Source of the DNA: Heterodontus francisci | Taxonomy: Eukaryota | DNA length: 64,000 bases | Assembly (NCBI RefSeq): GCF_036365525.1 | Contig: NC_090379.1 | Span: forward strand, 92,489,206-92,553,205 | Direction: 5' to 3' | Shown here: piece by piece, positions 24,035-37,909 of the stretch | How positions within the stretch are numbered: position 1 is the stretch's first letter | Layout of the letters: the number at the start of each line of letters is the position of its first letter | Made by a program: the position numbers and the translations under genes | Notes under the pieces: model-generated | The model's input: only the letters and a program-made list of their open reading frames with translations | Database searches by the model: none | What the model was told of the DNA's origin: nothing

Positions 24035-26700
24035 CGTAACATGATAATGGTTTTAAAAATTATGATTTTTAAAAGTTTAAGATGGAGTCCAGAAGGTCAG
24101 GGACCTCGCATCCACTCTGCTGAAGGACAAGACAGATCAAAGACTTTTTTTGAAAAAAAGAGAGACTGCAGGGGTAACACCTGAAGAACAATAGGCTTTG
24201 CCCTTCCAGACTTTCAGTTCGTAAAACAAGGAGTCAGTGATTCTGAAGATGCAAATATACCAAGCAGCTGTTAACATCCGGGAACAATGGAAAGCCCAGA
24301 CCCTGTGAAACCAGACTTCTGGATTTTGCGTATTTGAACAGGACAATAAACTATTGTCTTATGAGTCCAAATAAATTTAACAGATTTTCCAAAGGCAGAC
24401 AGGCTGTAATAAGGGAACCCACTGGTTGCAGCCTGAGGACAGGCTGTAAGGATGACAACCAGCAGTTGCAGCCTCAAGAGAGAGAGAGGAGACATCTACT
24501 CTCAGGAGCTTAATCCAGCAAAAGGATGTGAAGAATTGAACCAGTTTTCAAAGTTGAAGCTTGTGGAGAAGTAGAAGGCCAGCAGGGTCACCAAGAATCA
24601 CCTTATTCACAGATGAACAGGTGGAAAAGGCTCAGAGAAATGAGCGAAGAGGACGTTGATTTTTGAAAAGGTCTGGGAGATCCAACCCATTGCAACAGGG
24701 AGGAGTTTGGGACTTTTAACCGGAAAGATTTCACCATCAAAGATGACTGTCTAACATATAAGTGTGGTGTGAGGTTTTAAAGCATCTTAATAAGTGCAAA
24801 AAAAAACCTTTCCTTGAAAAAAAAAGAGTGTTTCAAAAAGAAGAGCCAAGAAATTTGCAGTGGACAGAGAGAATCTTTGATTACGTGAATAGGAAGTGAC
24901 GGGAATTTTGAGGATGAATCCGATTTAACTCTTGGTTTTGATTTGGCAAGGAATATTTGTTTAGTGCCTAAGTTCAGTGAAGAAGGAGTTGAAATGTACT
25001 TCGTGCCCTTTGAAAATTTACTATGAAGTTGCAGTGGTCAAAGGAAAGTTGGACAATTTTATTGCAAAGTGTGCTAGCGGGAAAAGCATTAGAGGTATGT
25101 TCAACACTTTCAGAAGAACAGTCAAGTGATTACAAAGTGTTTCAAACTGCAGTTCTCAAATCTTATGAGCTGGTACCAGAGGCTTACATGTGAAAATTCA
25201 GGAATAAAAATCCGGGTCAGACATTTATGGAATTTGCTAGAGAGAAGGAAATGATATTTGATTGTTGGTATCAGTCCATGAAGATTGAACAAGACTTTGA
25301 AAACCTTAGGGAAGTAATCCTAATGGGGGAATTTAAAAATAGTATCCTTCAGGAATAAGGTCCCATCTGGAAGAACATAAAGTTGGTAAAATAAATGCTG
25401 CAAAAATGGCAGATGATTATGAATTGACCCATAAAAGCAGCAGTTACAGGTTCCCATTTGGAAACTTTGAAAGGAGCTGGAAAGAAAGGGAGTGGATAAT
25501 GAGCAGAGATTCAGTTTTAGTGAGAGAATATAGGCAACCCTCAGAGTGGTTTAAAAAAAAAATAGTCAAGAGACTAGGGTTGAGTTAAAAGGACCAACGT
25601 GTTATTTTTAGAAGAAAAGAGGGTATAAAAAATCAGAATGCTGGAAGTTAAAGGACAAACCAGTAGCTCTAGTAGAGTTACCAAAAGCTTGTCCTGAAAA
25701 GAATGCCCCATTAGGTAATGCTGTTGACAAATCAGTGGCTTTGGCGGTTTTGGCTAGTGAACAGAAGTGTTCTCCCTTGTGTGCTAACAAATTAAGTCAG
25801 GTCCCTGAAGGGTATAGAAGTTTTGTGCTCGGGTACGGTGTCCCCATATTTGTCAGATTAAGCAGGCAAGCTAATTGTGCTGCTTAGAGGGACAACTCAG
25901 TCGTTAATGGTAGCAAAGGACATGGATCTTCCGCCCGATAGCGCTATAAATGCAAAAGTCATGATGCGGGGCATTGAGGAGTGACATTTATCCGTTCCAT
26001 TGCATAAGGTTAATTTGTAATGTGATTTAATTGTTGGTCCAGTAACAGTGGAGATTGTCCCGGATTTACATTTGTTGCTCGGGAATGACTTAGCTGGGGA
26101 TAAGATTTTTTATGGAAAAGCCAGTTGAGGTTTCTGAAACTGAAGTTTTGCAGGAGGAATTTCCTGGAATATTCCCAGATTGTGCAGTGACAAGATCCCA
26201 GGTTGATGAGATTAAGCAAGATGAGAAGCATTCAGTTGTTGTGGAGGACAATTCGGGTGTTTGGTTGGCGGAGACCTTTTTTCAAGGATTTGGATAGGGA
26301 CGTTGGTGAAAATGTTTCCAAGGCTAGCGATGACGAATTGTTCAGCAGATCGTCTTTGATTGAGGCCCAACAGACAGACTCTGACTTAAGTTTGTCTCAA
26401 ATGGCGTGTTCTGAGGCAGAAGCTGAAAAGGTCCCCGAATACTATTATATTAAGAATGACATGCTAATGAGAAAGTGGAGGCCTCTCCAGAGGCCCACTG
26501 GTGAGGATTGGGCTGTAGTTCATCAGGTGGTTGTTCCCCTGGGGTACTGTTGTGAAATTTTGAGAATTGCCCATGAGATCCCAGTGGCAGGTCATGTGGG
26601 TATTTGAAAGACTCAGGCCAGGATAAGACAGCATTTTTATTGGTTAGGCCTGCATAAGTATGTGGTTGAATTTTGCAGAACTTGCCATACATACCCCAGG
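24035..26700 (+). mobile_element. Decayed Gypsy LTR retrotransposon, Gmr1-like (gag - protease - integrase Zn finger); 5' boundary approximate
   Basis: gag LVPKFSEEGVEMYF, WTILLQSVLAGKA, VLKSYELVPEAY; protease-end LLGNDLAG; CAVTRSQ; HHCC motif AHEIPVAGHVGI*KT..RIRQHFYW...FCRTCH. Confidence 0.85.
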
Positions 26701-26711
26701 GGAACAACAGC

Positions 26712-27193
26712 CAGTGTACTCTGTTCTGGATGGCGTTGAGCTTCTTGAGTGTTGTTGGAGCCGCACTCATCCAGGCAAGTGGAGAGTATTCCATCACACT
26801 CCTGACTTGTGCCTTGCAGATGGTGGACAGGCTTTGGGAGTCAGGAGGTGAGTTACTCGCCGCAGAAGTCCCAGTCTCTGACCCACTCTTGTAGTCATAG
26901 TATTTATATGGCTGCTCGAGTTCAGTTTCTGGCCAATGGTAGTCCCCCAGTATGTTGATAGTGGGGGATTCAATGATGGTAATGCCATTGAATGTAAAAG
27001 GAGATTCTCTCTTGTTGGAGATGGTCTTTGTCCAGCACTTGTGTGGCGTGAATGTTACTTGCCACTTATCAGCCCAAGCCTGAATGTTGTTCAGGTCTTG
27101 CTGCATTTCTACGGCTGCTTCAGTATCTGAGGAATTGCAAATGGTACTGAACATAGTACAATTATCAGCGAACATCCCCACTTCTGACCTTAT
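26712..27193 (-). mobile_element. RT fragment of the second LINE family
   Basis: IRSEVGMFADNCT, WADKWQVTFTPHKC, QVRSVMEYSPLAW; homologous to 19840-20310. Confidence 0.88.
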
Positions 27194-27199
27194 GTCGTC

Positions 27200-28615
27200 A
27201 CCTCCCAAATCCATGTCCATCTTTCCCTCCAATCAGGTTTCTGGTTTGCCACAGTAGTGAAGAGACCCTTATCAAAGTTACAAATTGCATTCTATGTGAC
27301 TCTGATCATGGTAAATTGTCTCTTGACCTATCTGTAACCTTTGACGCAGTTGACCACACCACCATCCTCCATTGACCCAATTCCAATTAAACTTGACCAC
27401 TCAACTTCCCTTCCTAGCTCCCCCCGCCACCGTCCCCCCCCCCCCCCCCCCCCCACCATTAGCTGGTTTGTTAATGATTCCCTTTCATTCATTGTCCAAC
27501 TGCATGGAACTGCTGTTGCCTGGTTCCATCATTGTGATCTATTGAATTGTAACCAGATAATCACCTGCTATGACTTTTCTCTACCCACTCCTGCATCGTT
27601 ACCTCTGAAGTTCCACAAGGATCTATCCTTGGCTCCCTCTTATTTCTCATCTACGTGTTGCCCCTTGACAATATCATCTGAAAACATATCAGGTTCCATG
27701 TGTACGTTGACAACACTCAGCTATATCTCACTACCATCTTTCTGTCCCTTCTGTTGTCTCTAATTTGTCAAACTGCTTGTCTGACATTCAATATTGGATG
27801 TGCAGAAATTTCTTCCAACTAAATATTTGGAAGACTGAGGCTGTTAGCTTTAGCCCCTGCCATAAACTCCATTCCCTGACCACTGTTTCCATCCCTGGCA
27901 ACTATCTGAAGCTAATCAAGATCATTCACACCTTGGTGTTGTGTTTGACCCAGATGTGGACCTCCAACCACGCATCTACTCCCATCACCAAAGATTGCGT
28001 ACTTCCATCTCCATGACGTCTCCCAACTCCAACCCTGCCCCAGCTCATCTGCTGCTGAAAGCCTTAGCCGGATCTTTCTTACCTCTAGACGTGACTATTC
28101 CGATGATCTCTTGGTCGGCCTCCCATCATCCAGCCCATGTAAATATCTGCTTACCCAGAACTCTGTTGCCCACATCTTAACTCGCACCAAGTCTTGTTCA
28201 TCAATCACTCCTGTGCTTGTGGTTCAATAATGTCTCAATTTTAAAATCCTCATTCTTTTTTTCAACTCCCTCCATACCTGACCCCTCCATATCTAATCTC
28301 CTCCAGCCCTAAAAGCCTTCCAGATCAATTGCTTCCTACAATTCTCACCACTTGTCCATCTCACTATTGGCCTCTGTGCCTTCAGCTACCTTGGCCCTAA
28401 GCTTAACAATTCCCTCTCTAACCCTTTCCACCTCTTTACTTCTCCTCCTTTAAGATGCTCCACAAAACCGACCTCTTTGACCAACATTTTGTTCAGCTGC
28501 CTTGGTATCTCCTTCTGTAGTTTGGTATCAAAAATATTTTTTAATTGTTTTCTTTGTTATACATCTTGGAATGTTTTACTACATTAAAAGTGCTATATAA
28601 ATGCAAGTCGTCGTT
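27200..28615 (+). mobile_element. L2-clade LINE, 3' part
   Basis: LDLSVTFDAVDH, CLSDIQYWMCRNFFQLNIWKTE; tail tgctatataaatgcaagtcgtcgttg. Confidence 0.85.
27434..27454. repeat. Poly-C run (21 nt)
   Basis: Directly visible. Confidence 0.9.
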
Positions 28616-28934
28616 GTAACTGGTGGTCAGTAAGAGTACCTATAGATGTCAAGACCACAGCAGATAATTAATAGTATTAACGTTCTGGTAATACTGTGAT
28701 GGGGTCACACTTCATGCTTCTGTTGCAGGTGCCGTGTATGTTTTTATTTTGTTTTGAGTACCACCTCTGATTAACATTCAAGATGTGGCTTCATCAGGAA
28801 CCCTTCTTAAAATTACAGCAGTTCAGCAGTCCTTTTGTTTCAATTGTTCGTATTCAATTTCTTTATATTTCTGGGCTTCAATTTTTTTGTAAACTCTACC
28901 AAAATTAGAGGGGAGGGGTAAGGAGGCAAAGCTT

Positions 28935-30015
28935 CTCTTCTATTACTCTGTCCAAATTCTTTGTGATTTCAAACGCCTTTATCAAATCTCCTCTTAACCT
29001 TTTCTGCTCTAAGGAAAACAACTGCGCTTCTTCAGTCTATCCATGTAACTGTAATCCCTCATCTCTGCAACCATTCTAGTAAATCTCTTTTCTACCTTCT
29101 CCATAGCTTTCACCTCCATCCTAAAGTGTGGTGCCCAGAATTGGACGCAATACAGTTGGGGCTGAACTGATGCTTTATATAAGTTTTGCGTAACTTCTTG
29201 GCTTTTGTACTCGACCCTGCTATTTTTAAAGCCCAGGATCCCATATGCTTTACTAATTGCTTTGTTAGTCTGTTGTGCCACCTTCAAAGGTGTCTGCTCA
29301 AACTTCCCATCAGTTTCTCTGTTCTTGTACCCCCTTTAAAATTGTACCATTTAGCTTGTATTCGCTCCTCATGCTTCCAACTGAAGTGCATCACCTCACA
29401 CATTTCTACATTGAATTTCATCTGCCATTTGTCTGGCTATTCCATCAGCCTGTCTGTGCTCCCTTGACACCTATTGCTTTCTTCCTCGCAATTTACTACA
29501 CTTCCAAATTTCATGTCATCTGCATACTTTGAAATTGTGCCATGTTCCCCCAATTCCAAGCCAAAAATGTAAATGAAAAGTGGTCCTACTACGGAAACCT
29601 GGGGAAACACTATATACCTCCCTCCAATCTGAAAAATAGTCATTCACCGCAACTCTGTTTTCTGTTCCTTAGCTAATTTTCTATCCTTGCTGCTACTGAT
29701 CTTTTTATCCCACAGGCTTCAATTTTGTTAACAAGTCTATTATGTGGCACTTCTTCAAACCCTTTTTGAAAGTCCATATACGTAACTTTATCTGTACTTC
29801 TCTCTGTGTTACCTTATCAAAAACAAAGTCAAGTTAGTCAAATATGATTTGTCCAATCAAATCTGTGGTAGCTCTCCTTTGTTAAATCCATGCTTGTCCA
29901 AGTGGCTGTTAATTTTCTCTCAGATTGTTGTTTCTAAAAGCTTTCCTGCCACCAACGTTAAAGTGACTGGCCTGTAATTGTCAGATTTATCCTTCTCCCC
30001 TTTTTTGAACAAGGA
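28935..30015 (-). mobile_element. CR1 RT fragment
   Basis: SLFKKGEKDKSDNYRPVTLT, KYADDMK, YCVQFWAPHF. Confidence 0.87.
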
Positions 30016-30599
30016 TGGCACCACCCCTGTACCCAAGGAGAATAGGAAGATTATGGCCAGCACAGTAATAATTCCACTTGTATACTCCGCTGTCTTGCCA
30101 AACCTAAAAGTGTACTGCCCTTTGCCCTTAAAATGTTTATATATTGTTTTGTTTTGCACCCACCTTGTCTGGTATGTTTAAACTATCCAATCTACCCTGG
30201 CAGTCTAGCAAGTTGATCCATTGAACAGTTGAACCATGCAGACCCCAAGGCCCCCAGGTTCAGTCCCCAGCCTGTGCTGAATTAGCAACAGTGTTGGAAT
30301 ATCCTATTCTACAACAAGCCTCTTAGCAACTTCTGATCCAACATTTACATGTCTGGTTCTTGGTGCTGATACATGTCTGAGATAGCATCCCTGTCCAGGT
30401 GTAGCTCCTGTTTTCACTATTCCTAGTCGAGTTTCAGATCAGGCAGATTACCATTTTGTTCTGCAGGGGACTACAAAATTGATGTCTAAATAAGCCGAAT
30501 CGTTGTGCCTGAGCTGATCAAAAGTCGACAAGATTGAAGATTCATAATAAAAAGGTCTGCTGTGAGATACTGGTCTGTTTGCATGTTGGTAAAACAATT

Positions 30600-31050
30600 A
30601 TTGAGGAGGAAACAGATAAAACTGGATATTGAGCGAAAGAACAGGATATCTGGAGGGGTGGCCGTAAGCCTGGTCACCGAGGTGTATCCAACGGGATGAT
30701 GGGGAGAAGATTTCAGGGCACGGCTGTCGACAGTGAGCAAAAGGACAGGAGAGTTCTCAAAAGGCCAGAGTCGGGGAAAACTTGTTGCAGTAGTGGAATT
30801 ATAGGGCTGGAGGAGGTTACAGAAACTGAGGGGGCTGAGACCATGAGGGGAATTGAACACCTGGTTGATCATTTTAAATTGGAGATACTGGGAGGCCAGG
30901 AGCCAACACTGTCCAGCAAGGACGGGGGTAATAGGTGAGTGAGATGTGGGCAGCAGAGTTTAGGATGAACTGAAGTTTATGGGAAGTGGGAAGGATAGGA
31001 TTGGGGAATAGGCAAGTCCAAAGATGGCAAAGGCAGGGGTGAGAGTTTCA
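30600..31050 (-). mobile_element. L2 3' fragment
   Basis: Purine-rich reverse copy of the L2 3' region (attttaaatt, ggctggaggaggttacaga). Confidence 0.6.
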
Positions 31051-31530
31051 GAACTTGAATTCCCACCTGACTCTTTATATCATCTGACTGTACAATTACT
31101 TAGCATTCCTACTAGCTGTGATACTCTGCTTGTTCAACTGTTATACAAACATAGCCACAGCCAACTGCTCTATTCAGCAGCTCTGTGGATTTAACCTTAT
31201 AATGGTTAATGATTTGGACGTTATTGACAAGTTCCACCTTAACGTCCTGTAATCAATTTCACAACATGAATAGAGCCAATATGTGCATTGAATGGAAAGA
31301 ATTCAATATCTATTGCAGCTCATTAACTGTTTTTGCACTTTTTTCAGAGATTAATTGGGAAGTTTTCTGACAAAGACACAACAAAGTAATGAACAATCAT
31401 AAAGATTTTTACTTGTCCTCCAATCAGTGCCTGTAATTTATAGTCCCAAAGTCAGAAGTACATTGGAATTCTGATCTTGAATAATTCACCAGCCTCAGAT
31501 AAATTCATATAAACCTACCTCATTTTGGAG

Positions 31531-31705
31531 CAAAAACAGAAAGTGTTTGAAATACTCAGCAGGCCAAGCAGTAATTGTGGAGAGAAAAAGCAGAGTTAAC
31601 ATTTGAACAAATTTTCTCTCCACAGATGCTGCCTGATCTGCTGAGTACTTCCAACATATTCTCTTTTTGTTTCAGATTTACAGCATCTGCAGTATTTGGC
31701 TTTTG
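31531..31705. mobile_element. Older palindromic family A element with its centre deleted
   Basis: Arms actcagcagg...tgtggagagaaaa / ttttctctccaca...ctgctgagta plus the same tail; degenerate TSD tacctca.ttgga (31516, 31706). Confidence 0.75.
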
Positions 31706-31939
31706 TACCTCACTTGGAAGTTAGTTTCGCCCTGTGTTGGGAATTAACAATACCAAACCAAGAGCCAGGGCAACAAAAAGGCAGTGTACAATTTTAATTT
31801 CTCTCACTCCAGGCAGATGGCAGTTTGGTGATAATTGCACTGCAGGAGATAGTATGGAATGCTGTAAGTTTGTTTCCTTTGGCCCTGTACCTCCTGGACC
31901 AAAAACCTCCTGCTGCTGTAGCTACTCCTTTGCTCTATA

Positions 31940-32205
31940 TGGACTTCCAGAAGGTTTTGATAAGCTTCTGCACAAGAGATTATTAACAAAAATAAAAGCA
32001 CTCTAAATTGGAGGTAACCTTGTGACATAGGTTGATAAATGGTTAGGAGGTAGGAAACAGAGAGTGGGGATTAAAGGAATGTGACCTGATTGGCAGAATG
32101 TGGCAAATGCCGTTCCCAGGGATCTGTACTGAGGACTCAGCTTTTCACCCTGTATATCAATGAGTTGTAAAAGGAGAGCTGTAAATTTAAGTTTACAGAT
32201 AAAAC
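31940..32205 (+). mobile_element. CR1 RT fragment
   Basis: MDFQKVLISF-type motif, aggaaacagagagtggggattaaagg, gttcccagggatctgtactg. Confidence 0.7.
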
Positions 32206-35200
32206 CCAAGCTGCAAAGCTTTTGGAAAAACCTGTCCACCTATATCTCCTGCTCTGCTTTCTCCAGTAGAGCTCTGCTAACTTCCTCCAGTGCTGTAACA
32301 CCAGTTGGAAAAATATTAACACAATAATGTGGAGAATCCAGTAAATTCTGAGTAAATTTGCACAGTCAATGCCAATTGCTGTTTAATACGCAATAACAGC
32401 CAAAGTATTAACACCAGATCTTTGCATGGAAAAGATTTACTCCAGACACAAATTTAGGACTGTGGGCAAAAGTTCATGTCTCCTCAACTAATGACAAATT
32501 GAACATCATGAGTTTGCCCCATCACTTTTTTAAAAAGAAAGAGTATTGATTTCAGTACCTCGGGTCCAATTTGAATAATATTAACTCTCCTAAATTGGAT
32601 TGGTTATGTTTGCTGGCTTTTCAGTGTTTAGGAGAGCTTTTACCCTCTGCTTGTAATACGTGCAAGATGTCTAAGAACACCTTGTAACATGCAAATCTTA
32701 AATTGAACTGGCTGTTAGTTTTCAGTTATCAGTTGTACTTTAGGACTGTATGAGAATGTATAGAGGCCAATTTTGGTGTGTGGGATTGAGGCAGGATTGG
32801 TAGCTGCCCACCCAAAGGAGAGGGGAACTGGGGCAATTTTCTGGATGATTCTTCAGTTGCATGTGATGGCATGCTGCAAATGTAAGTCCTATAGGTAGCT
32901 TGCGTATTATGGGTTGGAAGCCAGATGCTGCACCATGTTCTTCAGGTATGGTTGCTAACTCTAGCTGGAATTACTCTTGGAGGTTTCATCATATGGCTTC
33001 TTACCTTCAATAACTCCACCTCCACGCACCTCAATTGGTCATCCCTTGCAATGGGAGGCAATTGGAAAGCGTACAGACTCTTCATTACTTGATCAAATGA
33101 CTCTTGACTGTCAACTGAATAGCTTTTTTCCCCCCATCTCCAAAATTTTTAGAATTAATAGATGAAAATGTTCAAAGAAAGTGTAAAGATTTAATTTTTT
33201 AAATGCTGTAATTTTTCTCATGTAGGGTTGGTAACTTTGTCTTAAAGGCCTGCAGCAACTAAAAGGATTAACAGCCAACTGCAGTGGCAAAACTCAGGAA
33301 GTGGAGAAAGATACCTGGGGACTTTGAAGGGACTGGGAGGGTTGCCTAGGTTCTCTAACGTGGCAGTGGAGATCATGATGGTGCAGATCGGGGTTTTTGC
33401 ATGATGCATTCTTTGAATGATTGGTATGTACCACAGCAAGTTGCCAGATGGTCTCGGGAGGTAGTCGCACAGCGTGTCAATGACAGCAATATGTACACCA
33501 GGACCTAGGTACAGTGATTTAATGAACTCATCAGAGTTTGGAGTCTTTTCTAAAATCCCTCATTGTTACTGTTATACACTGCATGACCCCTGTCTTCATC
33601 TCTGCACAATCTGTCATTTGCTTGTCCCCCCACCTTCCTCCACCACCCCCCACCAACCATATCATTAAGAAGGGAAGACTTTGGCGTACCACCTTTATGC
33701 ATTTCATTACACACTTAAAAAGTTGCTCTTCCCCTCACAAATATTGTCATCGTTCCCACAATGAAGAACAGTCTGTATGGTGACAGCTGAAAGCCTTTTT
33801 ATTGGAGGCAAGTATTTCCCCTCTTCTACTGTTCTCACAGGTGTAAGATATGGGGTTTGCTTTAATTTAATTGTAGACTTGGGTCAATTACAATTTCAGA
33901 CGAAGTTGGGAGAGCTGATCTCAGAGGGACTTTCAGTTCAGACTAGCTACAAACCACTCTGGGTACGAGTCTGTTTTCGCAGGCTTTACAGAATTTATTA
34001 CGTTTATCACAATAAGTACAAAAATGTGATACTTAACAAAAGGCAGTGGTAAGCAGTCGCATGCACTGTGGAACACCAGTCCTCAACCTCTGGTTGACTG
34101 CGGCACGTGTCTCTTCACTGTTGACTGATGATCTTTTCTTCTTCCTCTGTTGCTGCACGATGATGTCTGTCAGTATCTTTCTTTTACCCCTCTGAGGGTT
34201 TCTTCATTCCATATTAGGCCATATTTCAATGTAACCATTTTGTTTGGTCAGGTATGACCTCACCTTCCATACATTGTCTCTACAGATGATTTGATGGCCT
34301 AAGTAATTATCTCACAATGGGGAAGGTTTAGTATCCCCTCAACATTCCAGTTATGAATGGCCTCCGAATATCTTCATTTACATTTCCATCCCTATGAGGC
34401 CTGCAAGTCTATCAGTTATTGTGACTTTGAGTCTCCCTTCATTGAAATAGCGAGAGGCGGTCATCAGACATCCTGCCTTATTTCAAAAGTCACTTCTACT
34501 ATTGTTGCTGCAGTAAACACTCTGTCTTTCACCATTTTTCCAGTACAGAATACAAATATACATTTCACAAAACAGCGATTGCAGACATTAAAGTACACAA
34601 CTTAATCCTAATGTGCATTGATACAACATACAAAGTACCAAGCATAACGGCATCATTTCTTAAAAGCATTCTACTTTTAAAACCATAGCACCTCACGTAA
34701 TCAGCAGCGGGCTGTAACCTGCACAGTTTCATTCAAGTAGTACAGTAACAACAGATTAAACATGGCAGATGTTAACCCCTTAGTTCCTACACAGGAGAAA
34801 CTTGCATGTGACAAGGAAGCAAGCTGCACTGTCACTCCCTTTGAAAGAGACAAAATCTTGGACAGGAGCCATAGGTGATGGCAATGGTGGAGGACTGTTC
34901 CCACAGGAAGGTTTGTGAATAACTTTTCATCTCTTCTCTTGATGCTTCATTCCTTCAAATCAGATGCCCTGACTTACCTGCTGAAGACGGCAATCTGTTG
35001 TGCCTAGTGCCGACAGCAATCTGACATGTCTTGCAAGCCAAACTACAAGCCTAACCTTTGTTTCCCTCCACTTTCTCTAGGCCTGACATTACTTGGATAT
35101 AACTGTCAGTCAGAGTGAAGAGGAAGGCCTTGACCTGGTTGCATTGTCACTTGCTGTTATAGGCCAATCACCAGTTCAGAAATTGACATTTTGCATGATT

Positions 35201-37058
35201 TAGACAGTGACTTAGAAGAAGGGTACGCTCAATGATGTATTGAGCATAAGTGCTCCTCTGATTCATGTCATGGGATCTTTTATGTCCAACTGAACAAGCA
35301 CTGGATTGTTCTGGATTGCCTAAATTTTGTGCTCTGGTCTGCAATGAGACTTGATCTCGCAACCTTCCCACTAAGGTGATAGTGTTACTTACTGAGCCAA
35401 ACTGGTAGAGACTTTTGAAGGTGCGAGGAGAGTTATTGTTGTATAGATGAATTTGGGAATGGAATTGCAGAGTGTCGATGCATGATGGCTGAAGACACTC
35501 CTACTAATGACAGAGCAAATATAGGAGGGAGGAAACCCAGTTGGTTAGATCCTGAATAGTGTATGATGCAAGCTGCATTGCAGAGTTGGGTGGTATAAGG
35601 AGGAATTTGAAGGAGAGGATCTTAGAATCAATGTGCTGAGGATGGGGAGCCAGTGAGATGGTGAGTCTCGAGATAGTTGGTTTAGCGGAACTTAGTGGAA
35701 GATAGATTGCTGTTTGGTGAATTTAGGAAGAGTGTTTGTTGATTAGGGAGGGAGGGTGGGGGAAGAGCAGCAAAAGAGTATTAGAGAAGTTGTACCTGGA
35801 GGTGATCAAATCCTTGTTATTACAAAAGTATTTTTCTTGTGAAAAATAATTAGAATATATGTAAAACGTTGACATGATGTGAGAACAGTCAACAATGCTG
35901 TATATGTGTGCTTTGTGATGCATTGTGGATTTTGGGAATTAAAAATGTCAATTTCAGAAACTTCCTGCAAATAAAACTGTTCATTTGATAAATGTAAATT
36001 TACTTTGCTGGTGGTGAATTCTTTTTGTAATTAACTAAGCATAGCATTTTGGTATAAAACATTGGCTGCCACATGAATGCTTAAGATCAAAAGACTTAAT
36101 ATTATGAGATTTGTAAAGCTGCTTAGAAGTTGTCTAACATCTTCTCATTGTACTTTTTCATAAGCGTTACTGTTAAAGCATGAATGCGAGCTCTGGATTT
36201 GATTACACAATTTCATTCCTCTTTTTCAGTCGCATACTTTCAAGTGTTGAGTGATCTTTCAAATGTATGTGATTCATGATTATAATTATAAGTTATTTTG
36301 GTATTTTCAAATACACTAAAGTATTAAATGATTTCTCTTCCCTCTTTGCCTCCTGTTCTAACCAAAATAATAACTCATCTCAAAGCTCTTTTAATCATTT
36401 CACCCATTAAAGATTAAATTATTTTTAAACCATCTTGAAAGCATTACTTAATACCATTTCACAGATAGGCTTGCTTGCATAGAGTATAAACTTCTGGGAT
36501 GTAGTGTGTATTCTATTTGAAGGAGGGCTGCATGGAGTACTTCCTGGCTCCTTGAGCAAGGGCCAACCGGCTGTACTTTTCCAGCAATTAGAACACCTCC
36601 GTGTGAAAACTATGATTGCTTTGAACTTTTTACTTTAGGTAACCAAGTGATGGGGTGTGAGTGGTATCCTGCTGGTTGTGTTTGTAATCAGATTAACCTG
36701 CCATTCTTTATTATTAAACTGTCTTGGTTACTGAGTGATTTCCCAAACCGACAGATATGGAAAAACAGTTGCCACTGCTTCTGATTGAACCTACTCTCTA
36801 GTCAATTTGCTTCCTGAATAATAGTTTTTCTTCCTTCTGCCCCTCTAAATTTCGATTGTGTTCCAGCTTACTTAATTTATTTTTTAATTCCTTAAGAAAC
36901 TCCTTAAGAATTTGAAGTGAGTGTAGGTTTGAACTCTATTACATTTCACTCACTTATATCTTCTGCAGTGGCTTTATTTGAGGTATACACATGACATTTG
37001 GATAACTATTTTTGAACTTGTATCTTGGTGCCTTAAAAATGGTAACCGATATAATATC

Positions 37059-37898
37059 AGTGATTCAAACAGGAAGTGCCAGTCACCAAAGCACCAAGGA
37101 AATTTTGCATGGGATTGCTGGGGTAAGGTTCCATGGTTGACTGTGTTCTTTTGGTAATTCACCCAAGAGGCTATTCTTGGATTGATTGATGCTAGGTGAA
37201 AATTAATGCAGAGAAATCTGAGGTGTAGGTTTTGGGGGGAGGAAGAAGTAGTAGATCAAATATAGGCTGCATGGCACAACCTTTTAAAAGGAATAGACAT
37301 GCACAACTTAAAAGTTCAGATCTTTAAAAGTGGATATGCAAATTAAAGTTGTCTTTAAAAAAAATTTCTTAGAATCCTAGTTTTTAGAAATAGGGATGTA
37401 GAGTACAATACGTTTTATATGTTTTATTAAAAACAAGTAAAACAAATTAATTTTCAACAATCAATAATCTCTCCAAGATTCTATTAATTGAACCTTTCCT
37501 TGTATGTGTTGGTTCATAGTTTAAATCTATCTTTTTAAATACTATAATTTTAGTATGAATGTTAAGTCAGAGAACTCTTTGTCCAAATGTGTTTTCTCGT
37601 TGGTTTGTTTTCTGGAATTACATTCGAAATAAAATAGATTATTTGCATTTCAGCTGTCTAATCTAAACATGTGGGGACTCTTTTTGCCATTCCATTCCCC
37701 CACCCAGGTTAGTGATTCATGCTGAGGTGAGGTTCCATGGTTGACTGTGTTCCTTTGGCAACTCATCCAAGAGGCTATTCTTGGATCGATTGATGCTAGG
37801 TGAAAATTAATGCAGAGAAATCTGAGGTGAAAGTTTTTTGGGGGGAGGAAGAAGTAGTAGATCAAATATAGGCTGCAAAGCACAACTTTTTAAAAGGA
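37059..37898 (+). repeat. Local direct duplication, ~180-bp unit (about 37117-37291 and 37720-37898)
   Basis: Shared aggttccatggttgactgtgttc...ccaagaggctattcttggat...gaggaagaagtagtagatcaaatataggctgca. Confidence 0.9.
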
Positions 37899-37909
37899 GT
37901 CTGCAAGTG

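Noticed and set aside
26450-27232. 260-aa ORF, the longest in the track
   Set aside because: Chimera of a frameshifted LINE RT fragment and antisense Gypsy sequence, not a gene.
34060-34800. Possible piggyBac relic (ttaaccc at about 34772)
   Set aside because: No transposase motif, and the orientation of the putative terminus is inconsistent.
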